A stretch of DNA of 63,175 bases, filler included, from Folioceros fuciformis (lineage: Eukaryota), in NCBI GenBank assembly GCA_049999805.1. It is 15 parts of 15 records of this genome, joined end to end, with 100 filler letters (N's around TTAATTAATTAA, not from the genome) between each part and the next. Parts side by side here need not be neighbours in the genome. Positions count along the whole stretch, not along the records: positions 44,085 to 51,050 come from JBNGIO010000594.1; positions 51,151 to 52,439 come from JBNGIO010000595.1; positions 52,540 to 56,693 come from JBNGIO010000597.1; positions 56,794 to 57,897 come from JBNGIO010000598.1; positions 57,998 to 60,483 come from JBNGIO010000599.1; positions 60,584 to 63,175 come from JBNGIO010000600.1; 9 more parts are not named here. One strand, given 5' to 3'. The translations under genes and the position numbers were made by a program. Positions 50,424 through 63,175 of this stretch are shown here, piece by piece. Below the pieces are notes generated by a model. The model made no database searches. It was not told where the DNA came from and worked only from the letters and a program-made list of their open reading frames with translations. Every line of letters starts with the position of its first letter. Within the stretch, counting starts at the first letter, position 1.

Positions 50424-50563
50424 GAAGCCTCATGACTACCAATAGCACCTAAAACCCCCGAAGCCTCATGACTACCAATAGCACCTAAAACCCCCAAGCC
50501 TCGTGACTACCAATAGCACCTAAAAACCCTTGAAGCCTCATAACTACCAATAGCACATAAAAC
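50424..50563 (+). repeat. ~36-bp tandem repeat, 4 copies
   Basis: AAGCCTCATGACTACCAATAGCACCTAAAACCCCC. Confidence 0.93.
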
Positions 50564-51599
50564 TTCATGGTTTGGGAAGAAAAAGAGTCTACCTACTACA
50601 AAACAAAAACAAAAGAACATTGTGGCCATCTGGATACCTCAACCAAAGTGGTTATTCCACAATAAATTCCACAATATTCCACAATAAAGCACAAAATAAA
50701 ATATAACTTCCATTACCTATGCACACGGCAAATGCCACATGGAGTTTAACTTTGCAAATCACTTTATATTGCACTGAAAGGATTTACATAGGTTTTCCAT
50801 CTTATTTTTCAATGGAGTTCCCCTTCCCTTCACATTGCACTGAAAGGATTCACTCCTTCTATCCGAATGGGTGTGAATCTGCCGCCCTTGGCATCCAAGA
50901 TGCCCTCAAGCTACATCCTTTCAGGTAGCTTTGTAGATTGATATCGAGAATGCTTTCAACATCGTCTCCAAGTTTGTCATCTTCTTGATCGTTAAGAGTG
51001 CAGGAGGTCAATTGAGAAGTCTCATCCCTTTTGCTCGCTCCTTCTATGGCNNNNNNNNNNNNNNNNNNNNNNNNNNNNNNNNNNNNNNNNNNNNTTAATT
51101 AATTAANNNNNNNNNNNNNNNNNNNNNNNNNNNNNNNNNNNNNNNNNNNNGAGGGTATTAGGGCTTGCTCTCGATGGTACCTCAAACCAAGGCCCGCAAA
51201 TCAACGATAGCCAAAGCAGCTTCTGGTTGCCAGCTGTGGATGAAGGTCAATGTTCCAACGTTGACCATTTGACGAACGTGTTGGAAGAGTTGCAGGCAGA
51301 TCATCAACTTATGGTTCAAACACTTGAAGGAATGCAACAGCATGAGCGGGAGCAAGAGGAGCAAGTTGCAGGAGTAGGAGCGAGAGCAAGAGGATTGCAA
51401 GTTCAGCAATTCTAGAATTATGGGTCCAAACATGCACATAGATCATAGCACTCATTCAAAGCAAGCTTAGTACTGTAGTGTAGTGTATTATATATTTAGA
51501 AAGTCAAGGCCCAAGGCTCACAAATGTGCATGTGGTCATCATGACGCATTTGCATACCCAAGTGGGTAGGGACAATGCCCTACTACCAACCTAGGGGGG

Positions 51600-51936
51600 T
51601 GTCGTGCTTCAAACGATCTTGCCTTTCAAATGTACCTAAGACTGAGACTAAGATGGAGTAAACTTAATATGGTTTGTTTATTGATTGATTTATTTGTTCT
51701 TACATTCATATGTATATGGGGGTGGCCGGCTCTAGTATTACACGTATATTCTTGCAATAGTGCACACACGGTGCCTCCCCTTGGGTGCTTCCTCCTCGTC
51801 GTACACACCAAGGCTACTGGTGATATTTCCACTCTTTGGTGGGTCACTTCACACGAGATCGGCCAAGGGAGTAGCTTTGCCTATCCCTTCTACCTCCATA
51901 TGAGTGGAACAAAATACATACATTCTAGGGTCATCA
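51600..51936 (-). repeat. Diverged isolated LTR related to the PHD-Gypsy LTR
   Basis: Shares TAGCCTTGGTGT..ACGA..GAAGCACCCAAGGGGAGGCA and the GAAGCACGACA end with 33709-34171; left boundary approximate. Confidence 0.75.
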
Positions 51937-52539
51937 CCTTATACAAACCCTTATATATTCGCATCACAATTCTCAACTACGTGGTCGAGCATTCCATATC
52001 GGTACCAACCGTTTCGCAAAGTTAACTTCCAAAATTGTTAAGAGATATTGTTGATAATATCTCGCTATTAAAGGCACATATATAGTGGCATATAGGGGTA
52101 CATAGAATAAAATCATTATTAAGTACTTGTTCGTTAGGGTTGCGACTTGTAGCGAATAGCTATGTCGTTTAAGTTAGAACAATAGTGTCTTTTCAACCTA
52201 TGCTTTTATGTCCTTCTTGACACACAACATAAAAAAAGTTTAGAGGGGAACTCGTTATAAGATGCCATGCCGTGGGCTTGTTGGGGGAGATAGATTATTA
52301 GAAGATTGCATAGAGGAAGTCGAAGCAAGAAAACAAAGTCTTGAACCATTAAAATATCCCCCGAGGCAAACAATATTTGAGATCCTCGAGGAGGTCCTCA
52401 AAAGTTGTAGTAGGATGCCCTCTATCGTGGGAAGAACCCNNNNNNNNNNNNNNNNNNNNNNNNNNNNNNNNNNNNNNNNNNNNTTAATTAATTAANNNNN
52501 NNNNNNNNNNNNNNNNNNNNNNNNNNNNNNNNNNNNNNN

Positions 52540-52661
52540 CAGCAAGGAACCCCATCGCTCCTTCGTGGGAACGAAACCCAATGTCTCAACGACAGTGGGA
52601 TAAGTGTGGCCACTAAAGGTGGAACCCATTGGCAATCAGTGCCCGGGGTTTTGCCTCCACA
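52540..52661. repeat. Terminus of LTR-like repeat family B
   Basis: Near-identical to 28615-28735. Confidence 0.85.
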
Positions 52662-52889
52662 CTCACTTAAGAGGGAGTGTTAAGAATAGGGTTCGATTAA
52701 GTAACCCATAACCCTAGTCATCGATCAATTGAGTTAGGTTAATCTAGGAGTCACCTCGAACAGACACATCCCTAGCGAAGTGGTGCGACTAGCACCTATA
52801 TAAGAGACACCCATCTTGTATTTCATTATTATGCTAAATAAAGTAACATAGCTTAAGAACAGTATGTTTACTCTGCTTCCTACTAATAG

Positions 52890-55800
52890 GAACTCATCAA
52901 TGTCCCACCTGAATCAGCCAACGTTATTAATGTGAGTCCGAAGTCTGGCAGCACAAGCAATGCATTTAAGTGGCATTGCCGCCTAGGACATCCAAATATA
53001 CAAGCTATCAGGAGACTTCTTAAAGAGAAGATGGTCACTGGTTTCAGTGTGCAAGAGCTCCCTAGTCTTGATTTGTGTGTGGCCTGTGTACATGGTAAGC
53101 AATTTAAATCACACTTTGGCAGTGGTAAGCCCAGGAAAGCCACAGAACTGTTGGACCTGGTTCACACTGATATCTGTGGGCCGATGTCTGTGAACTCTTG
53201 GGGAGGAGCTCGATATTTTGTCGTGTTTGAAGATGACAAGTCACACTTCACAGTGATAGAGCTGCTTCACCATAAGAGTGAGGTGTTTGGAAGCTTCAAG
53301 CGGTACCTCGCATATGCAGAGAGGCAAACAGGCTATAAGTTAAAGTGCATTCGTTCAGACAATGGAAAAGAGTATCTATCTACAGCGTTTCAGGAGTATT
53401 GCCAGGAGAGGGGGATAGCCAGACAACTCACCATTCCTTATCATTCTGATATGAATGGTCGAGCTGAGAGAAGACATAGGACAATTCAAGACGCTGCCAA
53501 AGCTCTCCTCTATCAAGGAGACTTTCAGTTAAATTTTGGGCAGAAGCAGTGCAAGTTGCAACATACCTTCAAAATCGTTTAGTTGTTTCTTCTCTTCGTG
53601 GCAGTACACCCTTTGAAGTTTGGACGGGTAGCAAACCAGATTTGTCTCATCTCAGAGTTTTTGGCAGCACAGCTTATGCACATATACCAGACAAGCTTCG
53701 CCATAAGATAGCATTCAAGTCTAAGCGTCATATTTTCATAGGATACATAGCAGGGATACATGGATATAAGCTGTTTGATCCAGCTACCCGTCGAGTGTCT
53801 CATGCTAGGACAGTTGCCTTTGATGAAAGTTCTGTCCTTGAGTCTTCGGTTCATCCTCCAGATGTTCCCCTTGATATTGACAGTGCGGAAGTAGCAGACC
53901 ATTCTCTAGAAACAAAGGTAGAGGTCAGTGATGATGATTTTGTTACATTTCCTGCTATCGATCCATCATTTGTAGACCCATTGTCAGTTGTGCCAAACCA
54001 ACAGCCTTCACAGCGAGCAGTGTTTGATTGGCAATCAGCCTAGTCTTGTGACAGATGATGATGATCCAGTAGGTCATGTGACATCCGATGATGAAGCACC
54101 AAAAGACTCTGCACCTGCAGTTCCTCAACCTAACATTGCACAGAACACAGATATGCCTGTCGATGATCCTATGGAGTATGTGCTGCTTGATTCTCAGACT
54201 GTTCCCCTCATGAGGTCTTCTCAAGTACACAGAAGTCATGAAAACTAAACAGAACCACCTTATCGTAGTGACGACTTCAAGAAGGCTCCTCAACCTCATG
54301 GCTCAGCACTGGACCTCAATCTGGTCTTTGAACCTGGCTACGAACCACATACATATCAAGAGGTAGTTCATGGTCCAGATCCTAAGCATTGGCAAGCAGC
54401 TATTCATTCTGAATATAACTCATTAATACATAATCATACCTGGAAGCTAGTTCCTCCACCTGAGGGGAGAAAGATTATCACCTCTAAATGGGTATTTAAG
54501 CTGAAATATAAGGCGGATGGATCTATCTCCAGATATAAGGCCAGGTTAGTCGCTCGTGGCTTCTCACAGGTTCCTGGCTTAGACTACCATGGCACGTTTA
54601 GCCCTGTTGTTAAATCTCAGTCTCTTAGGGTTCTATTCTCTATGTCTGCATTCTTTGGCTTGTACATCCATCAGATGGATGTCAAGACCGCCTTCCTTCA
54701 TGGTGAGTTAGAGGAAGACATTTTCATGCAACAGCTTGAGGGATTTGAGGTAGCAGGGAAAGAGCACTGGGTCTGTCAATTGCTAAAAACTATCTATGGA
54801 CTAAAACAGAGTCCTTGTGCATGGTATGAGTGCATTGATGAGTTTCTCTTAGGTCTAGGCTTCCTCAAGAGCACAACTGATACTAATGTCTACCTTCTGC
54901 AAGAGCAAACAGGCTTTGTCATATTAGCCCGGTATGTTGACGATTGCATACTGTTAGGTACAGACTTAGATGGGATTACCCGAGTGAAAACCTTGTTGTC
55001 TGGTCGTTTTGAGATGGTAGACGTTGGGGAGTTGTCCTACTGTCTTGGCACACAGCTGTATAGAGACCTTGCAAGTGGCACACTTGTTATACATCAGCAA
55101 AAGTATATATTGGATATGCTTTTCAAGTACAAGGTTGAAGAGGCAAAGACTGCTGCTACACCTCTTGAGACTGGATGCAAGTTGACGATAGCACAGTCTC
55201 TAGTGATTGATTCCGACAAGCTTGAGATGGCTGCAGTCTCGTATGCTCAAGCAATTGGTTCCCTCATCTAGTGCTCCAATAGTAGTCGACCTTATGTATC
55301 CCTGCCAGAGAGCATGGTCTCACAACATTTGAAGAATCTAGGAAGGGCACACTGGTCAGCAGCTAAGAGGATTCTGAGATACCTGAAAGGTACAAGTGAT
55401 CATGGCATACACTATAACAAATAGAGGTCAAAAGGAGAGGAGCTTACCCTTGTCGGAAACTGTGATGTTGACTGGGCTGCAGACCCAGACACAAGGAGGT
55501 CGGTGTCTGCCTATGCTTTCTTACTTGCAGGTGGAGCTATTACTTGGTCATCCAAAAAGTAGACTACTGTCTCCCTCTCTTCAACATAGGCAGAGTATTC
55601 AGCACTCACACAAGCATCTAAGGAGGCCATATGGTCACGAAGGCTATTGGCAGACATGGGTCAACCACAAAAGGACCCGACAATTATATTCTGCGATAAT
55701 CAATCAGCACTAGCACTAGCCCAAATCCTATTCCATGCTCGTAATAAACATATATAAGTACATCATCATTTTATCAGGCATGCAATGGAAACTGGAGAGG

Positions 55801-56312
55801 TCAAGCTAGAATACTTACCAACAGAAGCTAATGCAGCAGGCTTATTAACCAAGGCCTTACCTAAGTTGAAGCATCATCAATTCAAAGAAGCCTTGGGTGT
55901 CTTAGGACCACTCCACACATCGAACGTGTCTAGCAGAGTGTAAGATAGAATGTCTGAGAAGTCAAAAGGTGGGCATGTAGAAGTTCACCTATTATTGAAT
56001 CCCAGCTAACTTAGCATTTCAAAGTATGGTTAGAAATCCTGAGAGCCATCAGAGTTAGAGCCAACAAAATTTGAGTCAATGTTAGGATTGTCTTCTTCAG
56101 ATGTGTCTTCGTCCTCGTCCATCCACTCCACTCCAGACTCTTCAGCCATTTGTTGAGGGTTTTATAGTTAAATCCAACCTGGTTTAAGTTACTTAGGTTT
56201 ATCAACCTTAACTCAAGAGACACAAATTTTGTTCATATACTCTCTTTTGTTTTATCAATTCATTGTATTGTTTGTACAACAAGCTTCCGCTAGTTTAACA
56301 TGGTATCAAAGC
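52890..56312 (+). mobile_element. Ty1/Copia pol remnant (GAG-pre-integrase, rve, RT, RNase H) with LTR 55976-56300, followed by a PBS
   Basis: WHCRLGH, LVHTDICGPM, IRSDNGKEY, QMDVKTAFLHG, YVDDC; LTR TGTAG...TAACA then TGGTATCAAAGC. Confidence 0.93.
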
Positions 56313-57997
56313 ATATCATTTATGACCACTAGATCAAATACAGCCTATCTACTCAAGCACACAATGTACATCTGTCAACCCTGACATTTGCACAATTATG
56401 TGCCGGAGCAAATAGTCTAAATCTGCATTCTAGAGTTTATGTTTGTAGCTTTGTCATACGAAATTCCTCAAGGGAAAATGTCTATGCTATTCTACAAATG
56501 ATCCTGAAGGTTGATTGCTATGGCACGAAGGGGCTCCAGGCGCCCTGATGGGTTTTCCTCTCAGCTGGGAAACCAATTGAACAGGGGCTTTCAATCTCGG
56601 TCTCAAAGAAGACCTCCTCCATCAACTGGCTGGATCGAAGGCCCTGCTTGCTTGTGTCACTGCAATCACAACAACACACAAAGAAGTTTCAGANNNNNNN
56701 NNNNNNNNNNNNNNNNNNNNNNNNNNNNNNNNNNNNNTTAATTAATTAANNNNNNNNNNNNNNNNNNNNNNNNNNNNNNNNNNNNNNNNNNNNGAGCTAG
56801 AGGTTGAACCGGGGGTAGAGTGTCCTAGTCTGTGTGTGGACTTAGTCGTTGAAGAGAGGTAGTCGAAACCCGATGGTGGTCGTGCAAGGGAGAAAGTGGT
56901 CGCAAAAGGAGCAATCGGTATTGGAAGTCGGTAGTGGTTGTGGAAACAAGAACGACTTCCGGAAAATGAAAACCCTAAGAGGAAGTCCAAGTGTCCGAGG
57001 TGCATTTTCGAAGTGGAGCGCAACCACGATTGAAGCGATGTCGGGGAGCGGACTCTGGGCAAACGAAAGCGCAGGCATACAGGTTGAACAGGGTGAACGT
57101 GATGACCAAGGAGGAGGCAGCAGGCGTGGCAACAGCGACCATCTCCTAACAGGCTTGAGGGAATGCGAGGCTGCGAGGAGCAGGCTTAGGCGGTGGAGGT
57201 GGTGCGCAAGCAAACCTTGGAGCGGCAGCGGATGGTGGAACTGGTGGATGAGCTAACGGCGGTTGATTCTTGCAGGAACGTCACATCCGGACCCTTGGCG
57301 CAGGTTGAGATTGCCCTCTGGCCCAACATGGACCATTGGAGGGTCTGGGCAGGTTATTTGGTGGAGAAGCTGGGTCTCGGTTTCGTTGCAAAACGTTGGA
57401 ACTACGTGAACCCACGTGTGGAGTAAAATGTTGTGTCCGGGGACACTGCGAGGGCCACACAAACCCTCTATGTCGTTGTAGCCATAGGATTCGCTCCCAA
57501 GGGAACGATTTGTGCCAAGTAATAGAGGTTTCTTCTACGACTCACCAGCCCTCCATCCCTGGCCTTCCAATGGTCCATGTTAGGCGAGAGGGCTACCTCC
57601 ACCTGAGGCAACGGCTCCAGCGCGGTGTCCCTAGACGACTCCGCTGGCGCCAAGTTCGTGATCACCCCCTCCATTAGTCTCCGCTCCACAGTCGCCCTGG
57701 GCGCCGCCGCCTCTCTTGCTAACAGTGCGCTCCACTCCCGTTCTGGCCTATCCAGGCAATCGTCGCGCTCAGGCTCCACTTGCATACCGTGCGCTCGCCT
57801 GCACCTTATGTCCTATCCGCCACGTTTGCTCCCTGACACCGCTCCCACAGTAGTTGCACTCCACTTCGAAAATACCCTGGGACCCTTAGGTCCCTACNNN
57901 NNNNNNNNNNNNNNNNNNNNNNNNNNNNNNNNNNNNNNNNNTTAATTAATTAANNNNNNNNNNNNNNNNNNNNNNNNNNNNNNNNNNNNNNNNNNNN

Positions 57998-59277
57998 GGT
58001 ATGTTCCCTGTGAAGTTGTTCTGGTACAAGTCAAGACTCACTAGTGCACTTAGGTTTCCAATCTGTGCTGGAATCTCTCCCGATAAATTATTGCTGTACA
58101 GCTCCCTGAAGGAGGCGAGGAGGAAAGCAGGGAATGAAATAGGTTCAGAGGCTGTCAGAGTGACATGGCCCTTCCTTTCAGAGCAAGGGAAAACATAATG
58201 CAGGTCAGAATTTCAACTAGGGAAGGGGTTCTTACAGGTACTGCAGATTAGGAAGATTGCCGATGTCGGGCACAAGCTGCCCAGTAAGGGCAGCATTTCC
58301 TAAATCACTGCAGCCAAAGCAAACGTGTGTAAAGCATGATTAGCAGGCAGAGAGATGATGTTAGGCGCACAAGGCGTGACAACAGGTTTCCTATGCCAGG
58401 AAGCAGAGCAGCAGATGTGCAGGAGGTGGCTCTTGAGAAGGGGTTCAGGCAGCAACTTACACCCTTATGACACTATTGTCATTGTTGCACGTGACGTGAA
58501 ACCATGTGCAGGGGTTGACAAGAGTGGGATCCCAGCTCTGGAGCACATTGCTGGGATCTTGAAGATTATTCCTCAAAGCGTACAAAGCGTCACCTGGAAA
58601 GACGTGACAGAGGAGAATTAGAGGTAGACAAAGTAACTAGTAGCCCCAACAGGATTGAAGAGAGAGCAGCAGGAGCGGAGAGGCCAGGATCATACGCATA
58701 GATCCATTCTGCAACACCAGCATTGCATTGATGCATTCTACAGTGAAGCAGAGAATGGAAGCAGGGGTGCAGCATAGGGCGCCTACTGAGAGCCGTCAGC
58801 GTATAGGTGACAGGTGGCCACACTGGAAATGCAGCTACGCAATTGGGAGTGAGCCAGCGGACAAAGCAGGAGGGGTAATCCTAGGCCGCAGAGAAAGTTG
58901 CGGGAGCAGAAGGAGGAGGAACAGGAAAAGCAACACGACATGACTGGGAAGAAAGACAGCGAACAGCGATCCGAAGCAGGATTCGCCGGTGCAGAGAGGA
59001 GCATTGCGGTAGGGAGAGGAGACGCCTAAGCGCAACGACGGAGGCTACGGCTAAAGGCTGCAGCTGCAGCTGCAGCTGCGGCTGCGGCTGCGGCAGCGGC
59101 AGCGGGTGGAGGAGATCAAGATCTCGGGGTCACACATTAGCACACAGTCCTGCAGAGAGGGCAAGAGATCCGACCTTCAGGATTAGCTAGCACTCGCAAT
59201 GGACGATGGAGAAAGAGCAGGAGGAGAAGCCACGGGAGCATGACTCCCTCCTTGTGCTTCCCTTTCCCTGCTCGCAT
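57998..59277 (-). CDS. SERK: SERK/BAK1-type LRR-II receptor kinase or LRR1-type protein, 5' part. Exons 59277-59175, 58593-58461, 58307-58236, 58105 to gap.
   Basis: Signal peptide ..[69 protein letters not shown]; 133-bp and 72-bp exons with GT-AG junctions; kinase domain not visible. Confidence 0.9.
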
Positions 59278-59329
59278 GTGATCCCTACAGATCCAGGACT
59301 GTGAGGGAGGCAGCCTGCTGGCTCGGCCC

Positions 59330-60280
59330 TGCACTTGCACTTGGACTTGCACTTGGACTTGCACTTGGACTTGCACTACCCTGGCCTGCCCTGCGGTACG
59401 CTGTGGTGCGGTACGCGATCCCTGAAAACAGCAGATGGCGGTCAAGGACGCGCCAGGGCTGCGGCATCACCAGCCGGGTTGCCTCGCCTACGCTTCCTCA
59501 TACCATCCGTGCGCGGAGTACAGGCTGCAGGAGCTCGCATTCTGGTGGAAAGGAAGCTGATCGGATGACGATGGTCCGGGCCCCCCGCTCGTGCGCAGCG
59601 GTTGCAGTTGAGTCCGCGCCCGTGGCCAGATGATGCCTCCTGCTGCTGATGCTGCTGCTGTTGTTGCTGTTGCTGTAGATGCTACAGCTGCTGCTACAGC
59701 TTCTTACTAAGGGAGCAACAAGCGAGAAGGTGGAATCGTGGTTCGCATTTCCTTGTGCTGCGGGGTGGGCTGGCCCGGCTTGGCCCTTCCCTGCCCTGCC
59801 CTGCCCTGCCCTGCTCGTATCGTCTCTTCTCCTCTCGTCTCGTCTCTTCTTCCTCTCGTTGGCCCGTCTCGCCTCGCCTCGTCTCGTCTCGTCTCGTCTC
59901 GTCTCGCCCGAGCTATGGCTGTGGCCCTTGGCTCTGTCTGGGCCCGTGCTTGTGCTTGTGCTCGTGTTGAGCTTGTGCTTGTGCCTGTGGCTCTAGCTCC
60001 TCCAGTCCCGTTTCCCGACCCCGCCCCCGGCCACGGCCACGGCCCCCGGTCCCCCGTCGCGCTCTTTGACTGGGACGCCGGTATGCACCCGGTCAACTTG
60101 TCGGATTCGGGCCACTACCGCCTCCTGCCCCTCCCTCGCTCCCTCGCTCCCTCGCTCCCTAAACAGGAGCAAACAGTTACATGGCACCATCTCCTCTACA
60201 TCCGGAGGGACTCCAAAAACAAACAAAACAAAACAAAGAGGAGCAAAATAAGCAAGCAAAGCAAAGCAGGCTCAATCAAT
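59330..60280. repeat. Cluster of simple sequence repeats upstream of the SERK-like gene
   Basis: (G(C/G)ACTT)n, (GCT/GTT)n, (CCCTG)n, (CGTCT)n, (GTGCTT)n, (CTCCCTCG)n, (AAAAC)n. Confidence 0.9.
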
Positions 60281-60583
60281 CAAATCATCTCCATTAACAC
60301 CCGCCTTGAGGCCTTGACTTATTCTATCATCACAATGATGTTGTACATAGAATATGTTGGTAAGCTTGATTGAGCCTTTTGTCTAAAAAAACTGATAGCA
60401 CATCTCGCCTTTGTTAGGGTTTCATTTTCCAACATAATCCTTTCTCTTTCTTTCTTTCTTTCCTTCTTTCTTTTTTTCCTTCANNNNNNNNNNNNNNNNN
60501 NNNNNNNNNNNNNNNNNNNNNNNNNNNTTAATTAATTAANNNNNNNNNNNNNNNNNNNNNNNNNNNNNNNNNNNNNNNNNNNN

Positions 60584-61052
60584 CGAGAGGTGTTGGAAGA
60601 CAAGAGGGTACAACTTGTCAAAGTTCACACCAGTCAGAACCCTGCAGATGTTTTTACCAAGGGGCTCTCTTCGGAGCAATTCGCACAAGCTCGGACACTC
60701 ATGGGCATGAGGTAGGCCACTCTCCTATGAAGGTAAATTGGCCTTTAAGGGGGAGGTTGTAGGGTTATTAAAGCCTAATGTGCTTAGACTAATGTGTTTA
60801 GTCTGAGATTAGTGTCTAGTTAAGTATCATTAGTTTAGTTTAGCTTAAGCTAATCTATAGGAAGCTTCTTGTGCAGCTTCCTGTGGGCTTCTTGTGAAGC
60901 TTCCTAGGGAGCTCTTCTAGAGGGTATAAATACCCCCTTGAGCTCCCTTGTATTGTGTGACTCTATTGTGAGAGTGTGACCTCTCTTTCTCCTCTACTCC
61001 TTGCCTCCTCCTCTCTTCTCCTTCACCATGTAGCTCCTAGAGCGTTCCTTCA
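60584..61052 (+). mobile_element. Copia family A 3' end, PPT and LTR (60758-61052), inserted into another Copia
   Basis: KVHTSQNPADVFTKGL; PPT AAGGGGGAGGT; LTR TGTAGGG...CCTTCA. Confidence 0.93.
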
Positions 61053-63175
61053 CTCCTAGTGTGTCTTGTCTCTGCATTGGTCAACCCTTCAATGACCTAT
61101 ACAGGATAGATCTGTCCCCAACACCAGTTACCAACGTTGCCAATTTAACAAAGCCTAAGCAATCCGTGCTATGGCACCATAGGCTAGCACATGTTAACTC
61201 ACGCAAGTTAGTAACTCTCAGCCAAAGCAACCTGTACTCAGAATCCCTACCTCAGTTGTCTCCTTTGCCATTCTGTGAATCATGTGTGTATGCCAAGAGC
61301 CGTGTAGCCCCCTATCCTGTTGGTCCTGTAGCACAAGCAACCTGTCCATTAGAACTGATCCACGCAGACCTATGTGGTCCTATGCCAGTTGCTTCTTTTA
61401 ATCAATCCCTTTATTTCATGCCCATTGTGGACGATGCCACCAGAATGACTCACACATATTTTCTGCGGCATAAGTTAGAAGCTGCGAGCAGATTTCTTGA
61501 GTACATCAACATGGCTGAATGACAACTTAATGTCAAGATGAAAGCTGTGCGTACCGATGGTGGAGGGGAGTTTGTGGCTGCTGCCTTTGCACATCTGTGC
61601 AATTCCCAAGGCATAATCATGCAGAGAAGTGTACCTTATTCTCAAGCTCAAAACGGTGTGGCCGGGCGCTGTCATCAATGGCTTGTTGAAGCCGTTCGAG
61701 CCATGTTGAACAGTTTTGGACTGTCTCACAAATATTGGGCAGAAGCTTGACGACAAGGCCAGCAAGATGTTGTTGTGGGATATACCGAAGGAATTAAGGG
61801 ATATAAGGTGGTGAACCCCGAGACTCAGCGGATCACTTATTCAAGGAGTGTGATTATTGATGAGCAATTTCTGCTGGACAGCCGCAGAGGAAGAGAAATG
61901 GAGTGCCATCCTGCAGCGTCTGAACCAGCAGATCCAGGCAAGGTTGCAATTCCTTTGGATTCTGACCTTGCAGATGTGAGTGGGAGCGATGATGACCAGC
62001 AGTTGTCTAAGTGGGAGTCCAAGGATTCTGGAAGCGCACAACCTGCACACACTGCACAAGGGCCATCACCCATTCAGGTACTCACTCCACATGCACAGCC
62101 TGCACCCTCCTAAGATCCCCAGACCTCCCAGCTAGCAGTCCCTCTTCAATCAGCACCTCAGCGCCTACAATCCGCCCCTGCACCTGTAGCGCTTAATCCC
62201 ACACATCCGCAGCGGCCTGATCCTCACAATCTAGCTAGTACATCAGGGAATTCAACTGTTGGTCAGATGCACGAGCATCATCTTCCTGACCCGCCTGCAG
62301 CGCCTGTCGCACGTCGATCCACAAGGACGCGTAGACCACCAGCTTGGCTTGAGCCGTATCACCTTGAAGGTGTGCACACAACACCTAGGGAGGGAAGCGC
62401 GTGCTGCACCTGGGTGCACATCTAGTCACGAGACCCCCTCCTTGCACACTGAATCAGCATCCCAAGCTGCATCCTCAGAGCCCGTTTCGGCTCCCGTTTT
62501 TGCACCACCCATTTCAAACACTCAAAATAATAATTCTTTAGTTGGGCCTTTACCAAATTCGGAAAATGAAATTAATTTAGACTCTAACACTTTAACTTCT
62601 GCACATGCCTCTTTAGTCCAAGCTTACATAGCAACCATAGATCTCATTGAACGTGCTTCACGTGTAGAGGCTTTGTCAGGATCTGATAAGGCGAAGTGGG
62701 AGGCAGCTATTATGTCCAAGTATAATAGTTTAATAAAAAATAAAAAAGGGAATTAGTTAAGCTTCCTTATGGTAGAAAGCCTATATAATGGAAGTGGGTG
62801 TTTCGTATTAAATTGAAAGCAGATGGTAGTGTAGAATGTTAAAAGGCACGTTTGTGTGCTAAGGGGTATAGCCAAGTTCCGGGTGTTGATTATCATGAGA
62901 CATTTTAACCTGTAGTTAAGTTGCAGACTATAAGATAGTTGTTAGCCTTAGCAGTTGAGTTAGATTTAGACTTACAACAAATGGATGTTACAACTGTTTT
63001 TCTATATGGTAAATTAGAGGAGCTGATTTACATGGAACAACCTGAAGGGTTTATAGATCCTAAAACAAAGGACTTAGTTTGTAGACTCTTAAGGTGTATT
63101 TATGGACCTAAGCAATCTCCTTTGAAGCGGTATGTTGATATTGATGGTACTCTTGTCGAGATTGGCTTTGTTTGT
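61053..63175 (+). mobile_element. Degenerate Ty1/Copia pol (GAG-pre-integrase, rve with deletion, start of RT)
   Basis: WHHRLAH, CESC, IHADLCGPM, VRTDGGGEF, QNGVA, QMDVTTVFLYG. Confidence 0.92.

Noticed and set aside
49397-50563. CRISPR-like arrays (also considered for 10485-11042)
   Set aside because: These are head-to-tail repeats without spacers; the 10.5-kb array has degenerate units and unequal spacing; no cas genes and eukaryotic context
59679-60373. Overlapping ORFs of 70-211 aa
   Set aside because: Products of stop-free microsatellites; low-complexity translations

Overview
Eukaryotic plant genomic DNA, most likely from a non-seed land plant (inferred from gene content, not proven). 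The window is 15 sequence blocks joined by 14 artificial 100-nt linkers (44 N + TTAATTAATTAA + 44 N), so adjacency across linkers cannot be trusted. Most of it is decayed, nested transposable elements: at least seven Ty1/Copia remnants, one Copia family with a series of non-autonomous deletion derivatives including a TRIM, Ty3/Gypsy fragments, L1-type LINE pieces, a pogo/Tigger DDE_1 transposase and a PIF/Harbinger transposase fragment. Host genes are a complete 7-exon CRCK-type receptor-like kinase (46258-48717), the first four exons of a SERK/LRR1-type gene (59277-57998, minus), the 3' end of an HSPA12-like Hsp70 (44085-44927) and a sucrose-phosphate phosphatase pseudogene. The most notable observations are a Gypsy integrase ending in a PHD finger, a decayed beta-class N6A/N4C DNA methyltransferase, an nsLTP-like 8-cysteine ectodomain on the CRCK kinase, an array of five structured ~55-nt modules in an LTR-like repeat, and a reconstructable ~750-aa TE accessory ORF. 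All calls are by eye; no database searches were run.
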